Shown piece after piece: positions 63,223 through 64,000 of a DNA stretch of 64,000 bases. Positions within the stretch are counted from its first letter, which is position 1; each line of letters opens with the position of its first letter. The DNA comes from an uncultured Acidobacteriaceae bacterium. GTDB lineage: Bacteria > Acidobacteriota > Terriglobia > Terriglobales > Acidobacteriaceae. The notes beneath the pieces are model-generated. The model was not told the DNA's origin, did not search any database, and saw only the letters and a program-made list of their open reading frames with translations. The stretch spans positions 381-64,380 of the forward strand of contig CAWCKO010000072.1 of assembly GCA_963796145.1 (NCBI GenBank), given 5' to 3'. The translations under genes and the position numbers were made by a program.

Positions 63223-64000
63223 GTGACTGTAGAGTGGAAGGCCGCTCGGAATAGCTTTCGCGCCATCGTTTTCCTCTGCTTCATCCTGGCCAACATATCC
63301 CTGATTCGCGCGACCGGCCAATCAGGGGACAGCCAAGGGCACGCATGGGAAGCCGGAGTAAACGGGCCGGGTTCTTCCGACCCCGCGGCCTCGAACCTTC
63401 AAACACAATCAAATGCGGGAGAGGGTCTGTTGGGCTCCGATCTGCCGCCTGTGGCAATCCAACCTCTGGCGCAGCAGGTCCGGCGCCTCGAGTCAGCGCT
63501 CGACTTCCTGGGCCAGCCGCTCTCCCAGAGCGCTCAGGACGCGATCAATAAGGCCGTCTCGGATCCTGATGCGCAGCTTGCAGCGAACTCGTTGCAGCAG
63601 ATTTTGGATCCTTATGTATTAGCGATTGTCGACATCAACGCAGAAAGCCGCGTGAAGGTAGAACACGGTCCGGCGGAGGCGGCGCTGATCCAGGGCGGCT
63701 CGCGTTTCTTCCTGGTCAAGGTGATCAATCGGGCAGGGGTAACCTCACCGCTGGTTGCGACCAGTCCCAATAGTGGTGACGTCTACATCCGTTCGACCGG
63801 CGACCCGTCCCCTAAGATGTTGCTGACGGAAAGCGACGTTCGCGATCGCTGGGCCAACATCTCCGTTTCCAAAACTGCTCCGATGGAGAAGCGGCTCTCA
63901 GGCCTCTCCGTGGAGTATCAGATCCTGGAGGTCTACAGTCGTGATGCAGGGCAACGAACGGCCGATATCAGCTTCAATGTGGGACAAGGCTCGCAAGACA
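63223..64000 (+). CDS. hypothetical secreted protein (5' part; runs off the window end)
   Basis: GGGAGG RBS, GTG start. VTVEWKAARNSFRAIVFLCFILANISLIRATGQ.. is a hydrophobic leader. The frame stays open to position 64000. No family recognised. Confidence 0.55.
   Translation, partial: MTVEWKAARNSFRAIVFLCFILANISLIRATGQSGDSQGHAWEAGVNGPGSSDPAASNLQTQSNAGEGLLGSDLPPVAIQPLAQQVRRLESALDFLGQPLSQSAQDAINKAVSDPDAQLAANSLQQILDPYVLAIVDINAESRVKVEHGPAEAALIQGGSRFFLVKVINRAGVTSPLVATSPNSGDVYIRSTGDPSPKMLLTESDVRDRWANISVSKTAPMEKRLSGLSVEYQILEVYSRDAGQRTADISFNVGQGSQD

Overview
Moderately GC-rich bacterial chromosome segment. The gene content suggests Acidobacteriota (inference only): PadR plus MacB/FtsX-like ADOP permease pairs, a VWFA-related acidobacterial-domain protein, many secreted peptidases and TolB-like beta-propellers, and large nested palindromic intergenic repeats. 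All product calls come from motif recognition in the ORF translations; no database search was run.

Layout:
- 0-1.6 kb: FHA / PP2C signalling operon, with the 5' part of the PP2C gene running off the window.
- 1.6-7 kb: nested mobile DNA. An IS91-type Y2 transposase abuts a tyrosine integrase gene, and that integrase gene is split by a ~2.6-kb element encoding a large serine recombinase.
- 7-15 kb: secreted hydrolases (two S9 peptidases, a beta-lactamase-family serine hydrolase) separated by a dispersed ~100-nt intergenic repeat family.
- 15-19 kb: PadR / ADOP permease pair with a clear operator.
- 19-22.5 kb: XRE - NfeD - flotillin - PspA membrane-stress operon.
- 22.5-30.3 kb: Xaa-Pro aminopeptidase, YcaQ/AlkZ-like glycosylase, and three secreted proteins (VWA, unknown, caspase C14).
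- 30.3-35 kb: small DNA-repair and redox genes (DUF1330, UDG-like + ATL, AKR/TetR, GbsR-type regulator + methyltransferase).
- 35-42.6 kb: decayed zone with gene fragments and frameshifted genes.
- 42.7-64 kb: DinB-SBP-orphan histidine kinase, YD-repeat protein, creatininase-family protein, YncE/phosphoesterase, another ADOP permease, M61 peptidase, CAT-like acetyltransferase, ABC-2 transporter, threonine dehydratase-like enzyme, a second DinB, and a partial secreted protein.

No rRNA, tRNA or CRISPR array was found.

Best-supported novelty: the serine-recombinase intervening element. Its attB can be reconstructed to restore the integrase reading frame, and its joined ends form a 40-bp attP-like palindrome.

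Caveat: at least seven frame breaks in otherwise intact genes sit at short homopolymers. This looks more like an indel-prone assembly than true pseudogenes, so 'pseudogene' calls are provisional.
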